64,000 nucleotides of DNA from an uncultured Lentisphaerales bacterium (GTDB taxonomy: Bacteria; Verrucomicrobiota; Kiritimatiellia; RFP12; CAZZCT01), in the NCBI GenBank assembly GCA_964652365.1, contig CAZZCT010000003.1, forward strand, positions 158 to 64,157, in the 5' to 3' direction. The number at the start of each line of letters is the position of its first letter. Position 1 is the first letter of the stretch. Of the stretch, positions 54,949-63,869 are shown one piece after another. The notes under the pieces are model-generated. The model searched no databases. It saw nothing but the letters and a program-made list of their open reading frames with translations, and had not been told where the DNA came from. The position numbers and the translations under genes were made by a program.

Positions 54949-56300
54949 GGGGCCACCGCGTCCTTGATCGTCGCGATCATGTGATCCAGCATGGCCGGCG
55001 TCAGGCCGGGATAGACGCCGCACCAGAACGTGTCGTTCAGAATACGGTCGGTAGTGGGAAGGTTCCCGATGGTGCGGTACCCCCGCTGTTCCGCCCGCAG
55101 CGTGTCGAAGCAGGGGTGCCGGATGAGGTTGCCCGCGAACAGGGCACGCGTCTGGATGTTGGCCGCCTCCAGCCGGGCGACGATCTCCTGCCGGCGAACA
55201 GGCGCCGTTTCGCAAACGGTGAGCAGAAAACCGAACCAGCTCGGGTCGGCGTCCGCCTGCGGCTCCGGCAGCACGAACACCTCTGCCAGCGACGACAGGC
55301 CGTCGCGCAGATACTGCCAGTTCCGACGCCGCGCGGCGATGAAGCCGTCGAGCTTTTCGAGCTGGGCGCAACCGATGGCCGCCTGCAGGTCGGTAGCCTT
55401 CAGGTTGTACCCGAAGTGGGAGTAAACGTACTTGTGGTCGTAGCCGTGTGGCAGCGTGCCGAACTGCTGGTCGAACCGCCGGCCACAGCTTCCATCGTGC
55501 CCGGAGGAACACCAGCAGTCGCGGCCCCAGTCGCGGAACGACGCCGCCAGGCGGTGCAGCACGGGATCATCCGTGTAGACGGCGCCCCCCTCGCCAGTCG
55601 TCAGATGGTGGGGCGGGTAGAAGCTAGACGTGCCGAAGTCGCCGAAGGTACCGGTTGGCCGCCACACACCGTTCAGACGGTAGCGGGCCCCCAGGCTGTC
55701 GCAGTTGTCCTCAATCAACCAGAGACGGTGGCGGTCGCAGAAGGCCCGCACGGCCGCCACGTCGAACGGATTACCGAGCGTGTGCGCGAGCATCACCGCT
55801 TTCGTGCGCGGCGAACGCGCCGCCTCGAGCGCCGTCGTGTCCACGTTGTAGGTTGGCAGCGTGACGTCCAGGAAGACGGGCACCGCGCCGTACTGCACGA
55901 TCGGCCCGACCGTCGTCGGAAACGCGCAGGCCACGGTAATCACTTCGTCGCCCGGCACAATGCGCCGGTCCCCCAATTGCGGCGAGGTCAGCGCCATGAA
56001 GGCCAGCAGGTTGGCCGATGACCCGGAGTTCACCAGGAGGCAGTGCTTCGCGCCGAGAAAACCCGCCAGTCCCTGCTCGAACCGCTCCGTGTAGGGCCCC
56101 GCGGTCAGCCAGAACTCGAGGGCTGCATCCACCAGCAGCGCGATCTCCCGGTCGTCGTAGACCCGCCCGGCGTAGGGGATGCGGTCACCCGGACGGAAGG
56201 GGCGCCGCTCTGCCAGCGTGGCACGACAATAGGCCGCCGCGGCCGCCACGATGCCGGCCCGCACGTCCGCGGCGGCCGAAGTCTGGTCCAGAGGCTTCAC
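54933..56300 (-). CDS. rfbH: CDP-6-deoxy-L-threo-D-glycero-4-hexulose 3-dehydrase (E1), RfbH/DdhC
   Basis: The GTG at 56300 overlaps the rfbG stop as GTGA at 56297-56300. Motifs LVNSGSSANLLA, SFYPPHHLTTGEGGAV (His-His where aminotransferases carry the Lys) and GRDCWCSSGHDGSCGRRF (Fe-S Cys cluster). These are all E1 hallmarks as I recall them. Confidence 0.85.
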   Translation of the reverse strand: MKPLDQTSAAADVRAGIVAAAAAYCRATLAERRPFRPGDRIPYAGRVYDDREIALLVDAALEFWLTAGPYTERFEQGLAGFLGAKHCLLVNSGSSANLLAFMALTSPQLGDRRIVPGDEVITVACAFPTTVGPIVQYGAVPVFLDVTLPTYNVDTTALEAARSPRTKAVMLAHTLGNPFDVAAVRAFCDRHRLWLIEDNCDSLGARYRLNGVWRPTGTFGDFGTSSFYPPHHLTTGEGGAVYTDDPVLHRLAASFRDWGRDCWCSSGHDGSCGRRFDQQFGTLPHGYDHKYVYSHFGYNLKATDLQAAIGCAQLEKLDGFIAARRRNWQYLRDGLSSLAEVFVLPEPQADADPSWFGFLLTVCETAPVRRQEIVARLEAANIQTRALFAGNLIRHPCFDTLRAEQRGYRTIGNLPTTDRILNDTFWCGVYPGLTPAMLDHMIATIKDAVAPCGLS

Positions 56301-57385
56301 GCGGCTCCTCCCCACGACAGGTATGTTTCCAACTGCGTCAGGCTGACGGCCCGCAGGTCGCCACCCTGACGCAGGGCCGCATCCCAGGCCGCCGCGTCGC
56401 CAAGCGCGCGCTCGACCGATCCCCACGGCCACCAGTCCAGCCGCGCACGGGCCTTGGCGCAATCCAACCGCAGGATCGTGGTCTCGTGAAGCTGGGTGAC
56501 CGGCGCCACCGTGTAGGCCGCGCCATTCCCCCGCCTTGCGCACAGGTGCCGCACCATCCACTCGACCGTCCGGGTGTCGCGCTCGTCGGGCCCGAAGTTC
56601 CAAGCCTCGGCGTCCGTCACCGGATCGTTCCAGAGGCGGGCCGCCAGGAGCAGGTACCCGCGCAACGCGTCCAGGACGTGTTGCCACGGCCGCACCGCGG
56701 TTGGCGAGCGAATACAGACCGCTTCGCCAGCAGCCAGGGCCCGGAGGCAGTCCGGCACGAGCCGGTCAGCCCCGCCGTCGCCCCCTCCGACTACGTTGCC
56801 TGAACGGGCCGTGGCCACCCCGACGGCCGCGCTCGCACGGGTAAAAAACGACTGCCGATAGCTGGCCGCGACCAGTTCGGCGCAGGCCTTGCTGCTGGAG
56901 TACGGATCGCATCCTCCCAACGCATCGACTTCACGGTACCCCCAGACCCACTCGCGGCTTTCATAGCACTTGTCGGTCGTGACCACCACCACCGCGCGCA
57001 CGCCGGGCGTCGTGCGCACGGCGTCTAACACGTGCGCGGTTCCCAGTACGTTGGTCGCAAACGTGCCCACCGGGTCGGCATACGACGCCCGCACCAGGGG
57101 TTGGGCCGCGAGATGAAAGACGATCTCGGGCGCCGCATGCCGGACAAAGGCCTGCACCCGCACCGCATCCCGGATGTCCAGCATCTCGGAGTCCTGCAGT
57201 CCATCCGCGATCCGGGCCTGGACAAACACGTCTGCGGCGGTTGCGGGAGGTAGAGCGCACCCGCTCACGTGCGCGCCCATCCGGCTCAGCCAGAGTGTCA
57301 GCCACGCGCCCTTGAATCCGGTATGCCCGGTCACCAGCACGCGCCGGCCGCGCCAGAATGCCGGATCGATGTGTCCCCCGCTCAC
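56297..57385 (-). CDS. rfbG: CDP-glucose 4,6-dehydratase, RfbG/DdhB
   Basis: The GTG at 57385 overlaps the rfbF stop as GTGA at 57382-57385. N-terminus: PAFWRGRRVLVTGHTGFKGAWLTLWL. 362 aa, the typical size. Confidence 0.85.
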   Translation of the reverse strand: MSGGHIDPAFWRGRRVLVTGHTGFKGAWLTLWLSRMGAHVSGCALPPATAADVFVQARIADGLQDSEMLDIRDAVRVQAFVRHAAPEIVFHLAAQPLVRASYADPVGTFATNVLGTAHVLDAVRTTPGVRAVVVVTTDKCYESREWVWGYREVDALGGCDPYSSSKACAELVAASYRQSFFTRASAAVGVATARSGNVVGGGDGGADRLVPDCLRALAAGEAVCIRSPTAVRPWQHVLDALRGYLLLAARLWNDPVTDAEAWNFGPDERDTRTVEWMVRHLCARRGNGAAYTVAPVTQLHETTILRLDCAKARARLDWWPWGSVERALGDAAAWDAALRQGGDLRAVSLTQLETYLSWGGAA

Positions 57386-58161
57386 GGCCACACCTTCCAC
57401 GGCGCCCGGCGCTGGTTCCAGAGCGACTCCAGGTGCGTCCGATCGCGCAGCGAATCCATGGCATGCCAGAATCCCGTGTGCCGGAACGCACCCAGTTGTT
57501 GCTCCCGCGCCATCTGTTCCAGCGGTTCCCGCTCCCAGACACAGTCGTCGCCGGCAATCAGTTCGAAGATGCTGGGCTGCAGCACGAAGAATCCGCCATT
57601 GATCCAGCCGCCGTCGCCGCGGGTCTTCTCGCAAAACGCCTCCACGCGCCCGTTGGCATCGATGTCCATCTTCCCCCACCGCCCGGGAGGCTGCACTGCG
57701 GTCACGGTTGCCCGGCGTCCGTGCGCCCGATGAAAGGCGAGGAGTTCGGGCAGGTTGACATCGGCCAGACCATCGCCATAGGTCATCAGAAACGGCTCAT
57801 CGCCCACGTAGGGACGGATGCGCGCAATACGGCCACCCGTCGAAGTATCCAGCCCCGTATCGACCAGCGTGACGCGCCACGGTTCCGCCACGGTCCGATG
57901 CACGATCATTTGCGGATCCGTCTGGCTGAAGTCGAACGTCACATCCGACTGATGCAGGGCATAGTTCGCAAAATACTCCTTGATGACGTAACCTTTGTAG
58001 CCGCAACAGATCACAAACTCGTTGAACCCGTGAAACGAGTAGTACTTCATGATGTGCCACAGAATGGGCCGATCGCCGATCTCGACCATCGGTTTCGGCT
58101 TGAGGTGAGACTCCTCGCTGATGCGAGTCCCGTAGCCGCCCGCCAGAATTACAGTCTTCAT
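57382..58161 (-). CDS. rfbF: Glucose-1-phosphate cytidylyltransferase, RfbF/DdhA
   Basis: The internal ATG at 58161 gives MKTVILAGGYGTRISEESHLKPKPMVEIGDRPILWHIMKYYSFHGFNEFVICCGYKGYVIKEYF. Confidence 0.9.
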   Translation of the reverse strand: MKTVILAGGYGTRISEESHLKPKPMVEIGDRPILWHIMKYYSFHGFNEFVICCGYKGYVIKEYFANYALHQSDVTFDFSQTDPQMIVHRTVAEPWRVTLVDTGLDTSTGGRIARIRPYVGDEPFLMTYGDGLADVNLPELLAFHRAHGRRATVTAVQPPGRWGKMDIDANGRVEAFCEKTRGDGGWINGGFFVLQPSIFELIAGDDCVWEREPLEQMAREQQLGAFRHTGFWHAMDSLRDRTHLESLWNQRRAPWKVWP

Positions 58162-58311
58162 TCGCGTCCGCCACCCTGCTGGAGCCATGCTTCACCGGCA
58201 CGCGTGCTGCGCCCCGCTCGGGGCCTCGGGTGTCAGCATCACCCGCGCCGGCAGGATCAACGACAGGGTAACAGAACCCTCCCGCCCCTGTCCACCGCCC
58301 GCAACACCGTG

Positions 58312-59499
58312 TCAACGCGACAGCGCCCGCGCCGCGCGCGGCAACACCAGGCGCACGAGCGTCGCGGCCCAGGCCTTCCAGAAGATCCGACTTCGAAGTG
58401 CCGCCAGTCGGATCGCCAGGCGTGGGCCCGGCGAGGTCGCCGACAGCGCGGGCGCCTCGTCCGATTGGATGGCGTCTTGGACCTCCCGACCAAAGCGCTC
58501 CCAGTTGAAATGCACGTCCAGCGCGTCTCTGTTGCGCTGCTGCAGGACCTGCAAGCGGGCCGCATCGCAAGTCTGCAGATCGCGCAGCACGCGCACGGCG
58601 CCGTCCACGTCGTCCAGCGGCACATTGACGATGCCGGCCTGGTCTACGTAGCCGCTCTGCGGGGTGCACACCGGGATCAACCCCCAGGCCATGGCTTCCA
58701 ACACGGTGGTGGGGTTGGCGTCCGCCGATCCCACTGTAACCATGAAGTCATACTCCGCCATGCGCGCGCGCGCGCCCGGCGAGGCGAAGTTCAGGAAGCC
58801 GCGGGCCTGCAAGGGCGATGGGGCATGGGCCACGCCGACCCAGTCGAACCGGGTGTCGGGCATCGCCCGCGCCAACGCGGTCAGATAGGGGATGTTCTTG
58901 CAAGGCAAGGCCTGCCCGACGTAAACAAAACACCGCTTCCCGGCCGGATTGAAGATCGCCTTGAGCGAGGGGAAATCAGCCTGGTCGACCGCCAGATCGA
59001 GGTGTCTGAACTTGGGTTGCCAGTGCGCAAACCGCGAACTTGGCAACCGCGCGGCCCAGTAACGGCCGGTGATGGCCAGGAAGAGGTCGCACGTCGGCAA
59101 CACGCGATCGAGGAACCAGACCTGACGCACGTCCTCGTTATAGGGCGAAAGGGCCAGCACACGCGACCACCCCGGTTCACACGCGCTGCGCCTGAAGAGT
59201 GTCAGCGGCCCGGGATGCGGATGGCCGATCAGAATATCGCCCGGCTGGGGATGAATGCACCCGTGCAGATGGTGGTCGTAGTAACGCACCGGGTAATCCC
59301 GTGCCAGGTAGGCACCCAGATGCCGGCCGATGGCATCGGGACAGGCCACCCGCCCGCCGTGCGGGTAGACCAAGTGGACGGTCGGCACACGAGCATCCGC
59401 GGGCTTCACGCGCGCGGCCGCACGTCGACTTGCATTCGGAGGGCCACTTATCACCTTATCCCCGATTGGGTTGCGGGCGGAACGCCGCCTTGGCACCAT
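58312..59499 (-). CDS. GT-B fold glycosyltransferase (GT4-like)
   Basis: 395-aa ORF. The C-terminal GT1-type motif includes EAMAWGLIPVCTPQSGY. The start is uncertain: ATG 59499, or a downstream GTG. Confidence 0.6.
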   Translation of the reverse strand: MVPRRRSARNPIGDKVISGPPNASRRAAARVKPADARVPTVHLVYPHGGRVACPDAIGRHLGAYLARDYPVRYYDHHLHGCIHPQPGDILIGHPHPGPLTLFRRSACEPGWSRVLALSPYNEDVRQVWFLDRVLPTCDLFLAITGRYWAARLPSSRFAHWQPKFRHLDLAVDQADFPSLKAIFNPAGKRCFVYVGQALPCKNIPYLTALARAMPDTRFDWVGVAHAPSPLQARGFLNFASPGARARMAEYDFMVTVGSADANPTTVLEAMAWGLIPVCTPQSGYVDQAGIVNVPLDDVDGAVRVLRDLQTCDAARLQVLQQRNRDALDVHFNWERFGREVQDAIQSDEAPALSATSPGPRLAIRLAALRSRIFWKAWAATLVRLVLPRAARALSR

Positions 59500-59594
59500 G
59501 CCGCCTCAATCCGCCGGACCCTACAGGGCCACGATTGCCTGCCAATTGGGCGGTTTGCATCTGCTTTTCCGTGCTGCCAGCCTGCCGTTCTGAT

Positions 59595-60341
59595 TCAACC
59601 GGGCTTCTGAAACACCAGCAATTGCCCGGTTCCATGGCAGTCGCCCCACGTCACGTTCGCGACCGCATTGTTGAGCCGGTTTCGCAAACCGAGCAAGGGC
59701 ACCCCGGTATCCCGGACCGGCAGGCGGGGATTGCAGACGCACCCGGTCAGGTATTTGAGCCCGGCGCGCCGGAAAACGCGACGGAAATATGCGGGCGAAT
59801 ACATGGTCTCACCCGGCCATTTGTAGGCGCGCAGGCGCCTGCTGTACCGCACGGCAATCCGCATGACTTGATTTGACAGCTGTTGCACGGGGTTGGCGCC
59901 GTTCGGATCCTGTATGACCAGATAACCACCTGGCCGCAGCCAGCAGCGCAGGTTGCCCGGGACCGGCGAGCGGCGCAACCCTTCGAAATGGTGTAGCACG
60001 CTGGGAGCCAAGATCACATCGAAGGCCCCTTCTGGAAACAATCCCGCTATCGTTATATCGCCCAAGATCGCTTGGTACCGATCCGTCAACCCCGTTGATG
60101 CCAGGATGCGGCGAAGGGCGTCAATGCGTTCGGGCAGGACTTCCACGCCCGTCACGTGAACGTTTGGGTATTCGGCCAGTATCCGCCGCCCCATCGGCCC
60201 CGTGCCGCAGCCCAGTTCCAGAGCCCGAATATCTTTTCCAGACTGAAACTCCTCCTGTATGACGGTTTGCCGCACAAAGTCCATCAACTCATTGCACTGC
60301 GCGTTCAACGGATCGTCATAATCAAACACAGGCATGGGCAA
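59595..60341 (-). CDS. Class I SAM-dependent methyltransferase
   Basis: SAM motif I ALELGCGTGPMGRRIL. Also FDVILAPSVLHHF. Confidence 0.8.
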   Translation of the reverse strand: MPMPVFDYDDPLNAQCNELMDFVRQTVIQEEFQSGKDIRALELGCGTGPMGRRILAEYPNVHVTGVEVLPERIDALRRILASTGLTDRYQAILGDITIAGLFPEGAFDVILAPSVLHHFEGLRRSPVPGNLRCWLRPGGYLVIQDPNGANPVQQLSNQVMRIAVRYSRRLRAYKWPGETMYSPAYFRRVFRRAGLKYLTGCVCNPRLPVRDTGVPLLGLRNRLNNAVANVTWGDCHGTGQLLVFQKPG

Positions 60342-60384
60342 ATCGTAACAGGGCCTGCCACATGGGTCAAGAATCCCGAAGGAA

Positions 60385-61797
60385 TCACAATCGAGGGTCG
60401 AGACGGGGCTTTACAGGGCCGATTGTGTTCCGAATCTGACCGTCCGGCGCGCATACGCGGATCAAGGCGTCGCCATCCTCTTCCGCAATGCGGTCCCAAT
60501 CGAATGCCGCCAGCCGGCTGGACCATCCTGTGTCTCGCTTGCGTGATCCTTCGGCCAATCGATCGAGGTGGGCAGAAATGCTTCGAGCGAAGGATGCTAC
60601 GTCAAAGCAAGGCACCCTGCAAAGTACATTCCCCAGTTCCCGCCGGTAGGCCGGCAAATCGTACGCGATGACCGGCACATCGCAGGCCAGGGCTTCCCAG
60701 ACTGCGATCCCCCATCCCTCTTCGTGGCTTGGAGCCAAGAAAAGACTCGCCTCCTTGATGGCGCGGTAATACTCGGCAGGCGGCAGATACCCGCCCGGCG
60801 GCCGCAGGATTTCGATGGCCGTCGCGAGGCCACTGCGCTTGATTTCGTCAATCAGTCTCGCTTCACCACTCATGCCCCCCATCAGGCGCAAGGTGGCCCC
60901 GGGACGCCGTCGCAATACCTCGCGCCAGATTGGCAAAATATCGTGAAGCCCCTTGTTTGGCCGAACACCCACGATGACTGCGTCAACCCGTTTGCCGGGC
61001 ACCGGAATCTGGCGGATGAAGCCAAGATCAAGCCCATTGCGCATCCTCCTCGTCCGGCTTACTGCTAGAGCCATCGACGCCAGTGCCTCCTGAACCTGGT
61101 CGCCCGCATCGGTGTCGAGAATCCAGACCTGGTCGGCATGGGCCGCAATCCGACGAAAACTCCATTGCTGGAGGTGCCATGTGAGCGTGTTGACCAGCCG
61201 ATTGCCGGGACGCCGGCCCGGTGGTTGTTCCCGGTGATGGATCCAGGCAATCCAGCGGCAACAGGGGAAACGGCGCTTGGCTGTCAGAGCCGGCACGATA
61301 TCGCAAAAGTAGTCGCTGACGGTGACAACGACGTCCGGCGCCGACATCCGCACGACCCGGATCGAGCCATCCAAGGCCGACAACACGTAGGACCACAAAC
61401 GGGTCGCGCGCAACCGTTCCCGCCGCGCAAGCCAGGAGGCGCGCACGAGACTCATGGGCAACTCACATCCCATGCCCCGCAACATACCTGCGCCGCCAGA
61501 CGTGGTCAACAGGTGCTGATCAACCCGGCCATCTCGCCGCCAGCGGCGCGAGATCTCATGAAAGCGAACCGGCCCCCCGGTGATGCTGCCACGCTCCAGC
61601 CCGCATCCGTTCAGGATCCATTGCACCGTGAGCCGTTTGTCCATCGATCGGTCCCGACGACAGTCTGTAAGTTGCCCATCCCAGCAGTCATCGACAGCAT
61701 CATACAGGATCACGCCACCATCTGCACCGCAAAGTGCGAAACGCGAAGTGCGGCCCAGCAAGTTGAAGACGGATTCCGATTGAGAGCCCATCATCAC
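60385..61797 (-). CDS. Glycosyltransferase family 4 (GT-B fold)
   Basis: C-terminal motifs LRLMGGMSGE and FLAPSHEEGWGIAVWEALACDVPVIAYD. The N-terminal boundary is uncertain, with several in-frame Met codons downstream of 61797. Confidence 0.75.
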   Translation of the reverse strand: MMMGSQSESVFNLLGRTSRFALCGADGGVILYDAVDDCWDGQLTDCRRDRSMDKRLTVQWILNGCGLERGSITGGPVRFHEISRRWRRDGRVDQHLLTTSGGAGMLRGMGCELPMSLVRASWLARRERLRATRLWSYVLSALDGSIRVVRMSAPDVVVTVSDYFCDIVPALTAKRRFPCCRWIAWIHHREQPPGRRPGNRLVNTLTWHLQQWSFRRIAAHADQVWILDTDAGDQVQEALASMALAVSRTRRMRNGLDLGFIRQIPVPGKRVDAVIVGVRPNKGLHDILPIWREVLRRRPGATLRLMGGMSGEARLIDEIKRSGLATAIEILRPPGGYLPPAEYYRAIKEASLFLAPSHEEGWGIAVWEALACDVPVIAYDLPAYRRELGNVLCRVPCFDVASFARSISAHLDRLAEGSRKRDTGWSSRLAAFDWDRIAEEDGDALIRVCAPDGQIRNTIGPVKPRLDPRL

Positions 61798-61896
61798 ACT
61801 TTATAAAGTGTGAGTGGCGCCCGTTCCACTCCACTGCACTCAGAGCTGCACTCGGGACTTAACGCGCGCCGCCCGGCGTGCTAGCATTCGACTCAA

Positions 61897-62817
61897 ATGG
61901 CATCCGCTCCCGACACCCACGAGCCTGCACTCTTCATCGACGAGCACCGCCGCGTATTCTCCGGCCGCGATGCCCGCGAACGCCTGCAGCAGAAGAACGA
62001 TTCTGCACTCGTCGATCCGGTGCGCGGAATCGTTCGCGTTGACCCGGCACGATGGGAGGAGGCCCAGCGCTACGAACGCCTGACCTGGCTGCGCGATGCC
62101 CGCTACTGCACGAGCGACCGCAACGAGGACCACCGCATCCATTTTGCCGGTTTCGGCATGCTGCGCGGCATGCACTTCGATCGGGCCATCGAACTAGGTT
62201 GCGGGCCGTTCACGAATCTGCGACTGATCCTGCCGGTCTGCCGCGTCGGCTCGGTCACGCTGCTCGATCCGCTGATCGACGACTATCCGCGACACATCTT
62301 CTGTTCCTACGCAGGCGGCCGGCTGGAGGGGCTGCTCCGCCCCCGTCTCGCCCTGCGCGATCTGCGCCACCCGAGAACCTTCCTGTCACGGCGGCTGGAC
62401 GCGTTCCGTGCGGGTCGCTGGTTCGGCCGGCCGGTCGAACGAATCGGCGCACCGATCGAGGAGATGCCCGAACGCGCGCCATTCGACCTGGTGGTCATGA
62501 TCAATGTGCTGGAACATTGTCGCGATGCCGAGGCCGTCTTCGCCAAGCTGGACGCATGCCTGGCCCCAGGTGGAATCTTCGTCTTCGCCGATGCGCTCTA
62601 CCAAGCCGACGAGACCGCTCGACTCTGCCCTGACCGTTACGATGCCGGCCACCCGTTGCACGTCGACCGCTCCGTGACGACGGCCTTCCTCGAGTCCCGT
62701 TTCACGCCGCTCATGTGGGCCGAGTACCTGCGTGCCAGCGTCTTCTCAGGCGTCGCAATCGAGCAGACCGACATTTACTTCATCGGTCGGCGCAATCCTT
62801 CGGCCAGCGTATGTTGA
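61897..62817 (+). CDS. Class I SAM methyltransferase-fold protein
   Basis: Motif I-like AIELGCGPFTNL. Also FDLVVMINVLEHC and LAPGGIFVFAD. Confidence 0.65.
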   Translation: MASAPDTHEPALFIDEHRRVFSGRDARERLQQKNDSALVDPVRGIVRVDPARWEEAQRYERLTWLRDARYCTSDRNEDHRIHFAGFGMLRGMHFDRAIELGCGPFTNLRLILPVCRVGSVTLLDPLIDDYPRHIFCSYAGGRLEGLLRPRLALRDLRHPRTFLSRRLDAFRAGRWFGRPVERIGAPIEEMPERAPFDLVVMINVLEHCRDAEAVFAKLDACLAPGGIFVFADALYQADETARLCPDRYDAGHPLHVDRSVTTAFLESRFTPLMWAEYLRASVFSGVAIEQTDIYFIGRRNPSASVC

Positions 62818-63842
62818 TCAGTATCATCATCCCCACCCTCAACTCCGGTGATACGCTCAGCCATTGCCTGGAGTCTGTCCGCCAGCAGCACCTGGGCGGG
62901 CATACGATCGAGATCGTGATTGCCGACGGTGGATCGGAGGACGATACGCTCCAGATCGCCGCGCGGTTCGGCGTCGACAAGGTCGTGCCGAACCCCTTGC
63001 GCACCGGCGAGGCCGGCAAGAGTGCCGCCATCGCCGCCAGCCGGGGGGACCTGATCGCCCTGATCGACAGCGACAACATCTTGTCGGACACACGCTGGAT
63101 CCAACGCATGATCGCCCCGTTCCGTGACGAGCAGATCATCGGCAGCGAACCCCTGCACTACAGCTGGCGGCGCCGCGACCCGGCCCTCACACGGTACTTT
63201 GCGCTGCTGGGGATGAATGATCCGCTCTGCCTGTTTCTCGGCAACTATGACCGGCTCTCTCAGATAACCGGACGATGGACCGGCCAACCCGTCGAGCAGA
63301 CCGACTGCGGTGACTACCTGCGCGTGACGCTGGATCCGGACGGCGCGCTGCCGACCATCGGAGCCAATGGCTTCGTGTTCCGCCGGTCGTTGCTGGACCA
63401 GGTAGCCTGGCAACCCTACTTTTTCGACATCGACATCGTGCAGCAGGCGGTTGCCGCCGGCCACCGGCAGATCGCCAAGGTCAAGTGCGGCATCGTGCAT
63501 CTCTACTGCCAGACACTGGAACAGTTCGCACGCAAACAACGCCGCCGCATCCGGGACTTCCTGCACTTCCGCGTGGCCCAGCAGCGCAGCTACCCGTGGC
63601 ACCGTCAGAGCCGGGGCGGCGTCGTCCGCTTTGTGCTGTCAACCCTGCTCGTACTCCCGCTGCTGGTGCAGATGCTGCGCGGCGCGGCGCGGCGTCGCGA
63701 CGCGGCCTGGTGGTACCATGTGCCAGTCTGCTGGGTCACGCTGGCCATCTACGGGTATGCCGTGGCCGCGCAGTTGCTGGGCGTGAAGCCGCGCGAACTG
63801 GACCGCGGCACGTGGCAGCGCCCACGCGCCAGAAACCGGTGA
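62811..63842 (+). CDS. Glycosyltransferase family 2 with C-terminal TM helices
   Basis: The internal ATG at 62811 gives MLISIIIPTLNSGDTLSHCLESV. Also VIADGGSEDDTLQIA and LIDSDN. The C-terminal hydrophobic helices include VLSTLLVLPLLVQML. Confidence 0.82.
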   Translation: MLISIIIPTLNSGDTLSHCLESVRQQHLGGHTIEIVIADGGSEDDTLQIAARFGVDKVVPNPLRTGEAGKSAAIAASRGDLIALIDSDNILSDTRWIQRMIAPFRDEQIIGSEPLHYSWRRRDPALTRYFALLGMNDPLCLFLGNYDRLSQITGRWTGQPVEQTDCGDYLRVTLDPDGALPTIGANGFVFRRSLLDQVAWQPYFFDIDIVQQAVAAGHRQIAKVKCGIVHLYCQTLEQFARKQRRRIRDFLHFRVAQQRSYPWHRQSRGGVVRFVLSTLLVLPLLVQMLRGAARRRDAAWWYHVPVCWVTLAIYGYAVAAQLLGVKPRELDRGTWQRPRARNR

Positions 63843-63869
63843 ACAAAATCCAGCGAATTGAGGTACCCG

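Noticed and set aside
54064-56687. Long N-terminal extensions of track ORFs 53045..54310, 54064..55512, 54933..56687 and 56297..57679
   Set aside because: Each extension overlaps the C-terminal coding region of the upstream gene and translates to Arg/Gly/Pro-rich sequence. The conserved family N-termini (the GxxGxxG Rossmann loops and the RfbH/RfbG N-terminal motifs) begin right at internal ATG or GTG codons coupled to the upstream stop.
57358-59610. 750-aa ORF on the + strand
   Set aside because: It is antisense to rfbF and the GT4-like gene, both of which have strong family motifs on the minus strand. The translation is Arg/Pro/His-rich and low-complexity.
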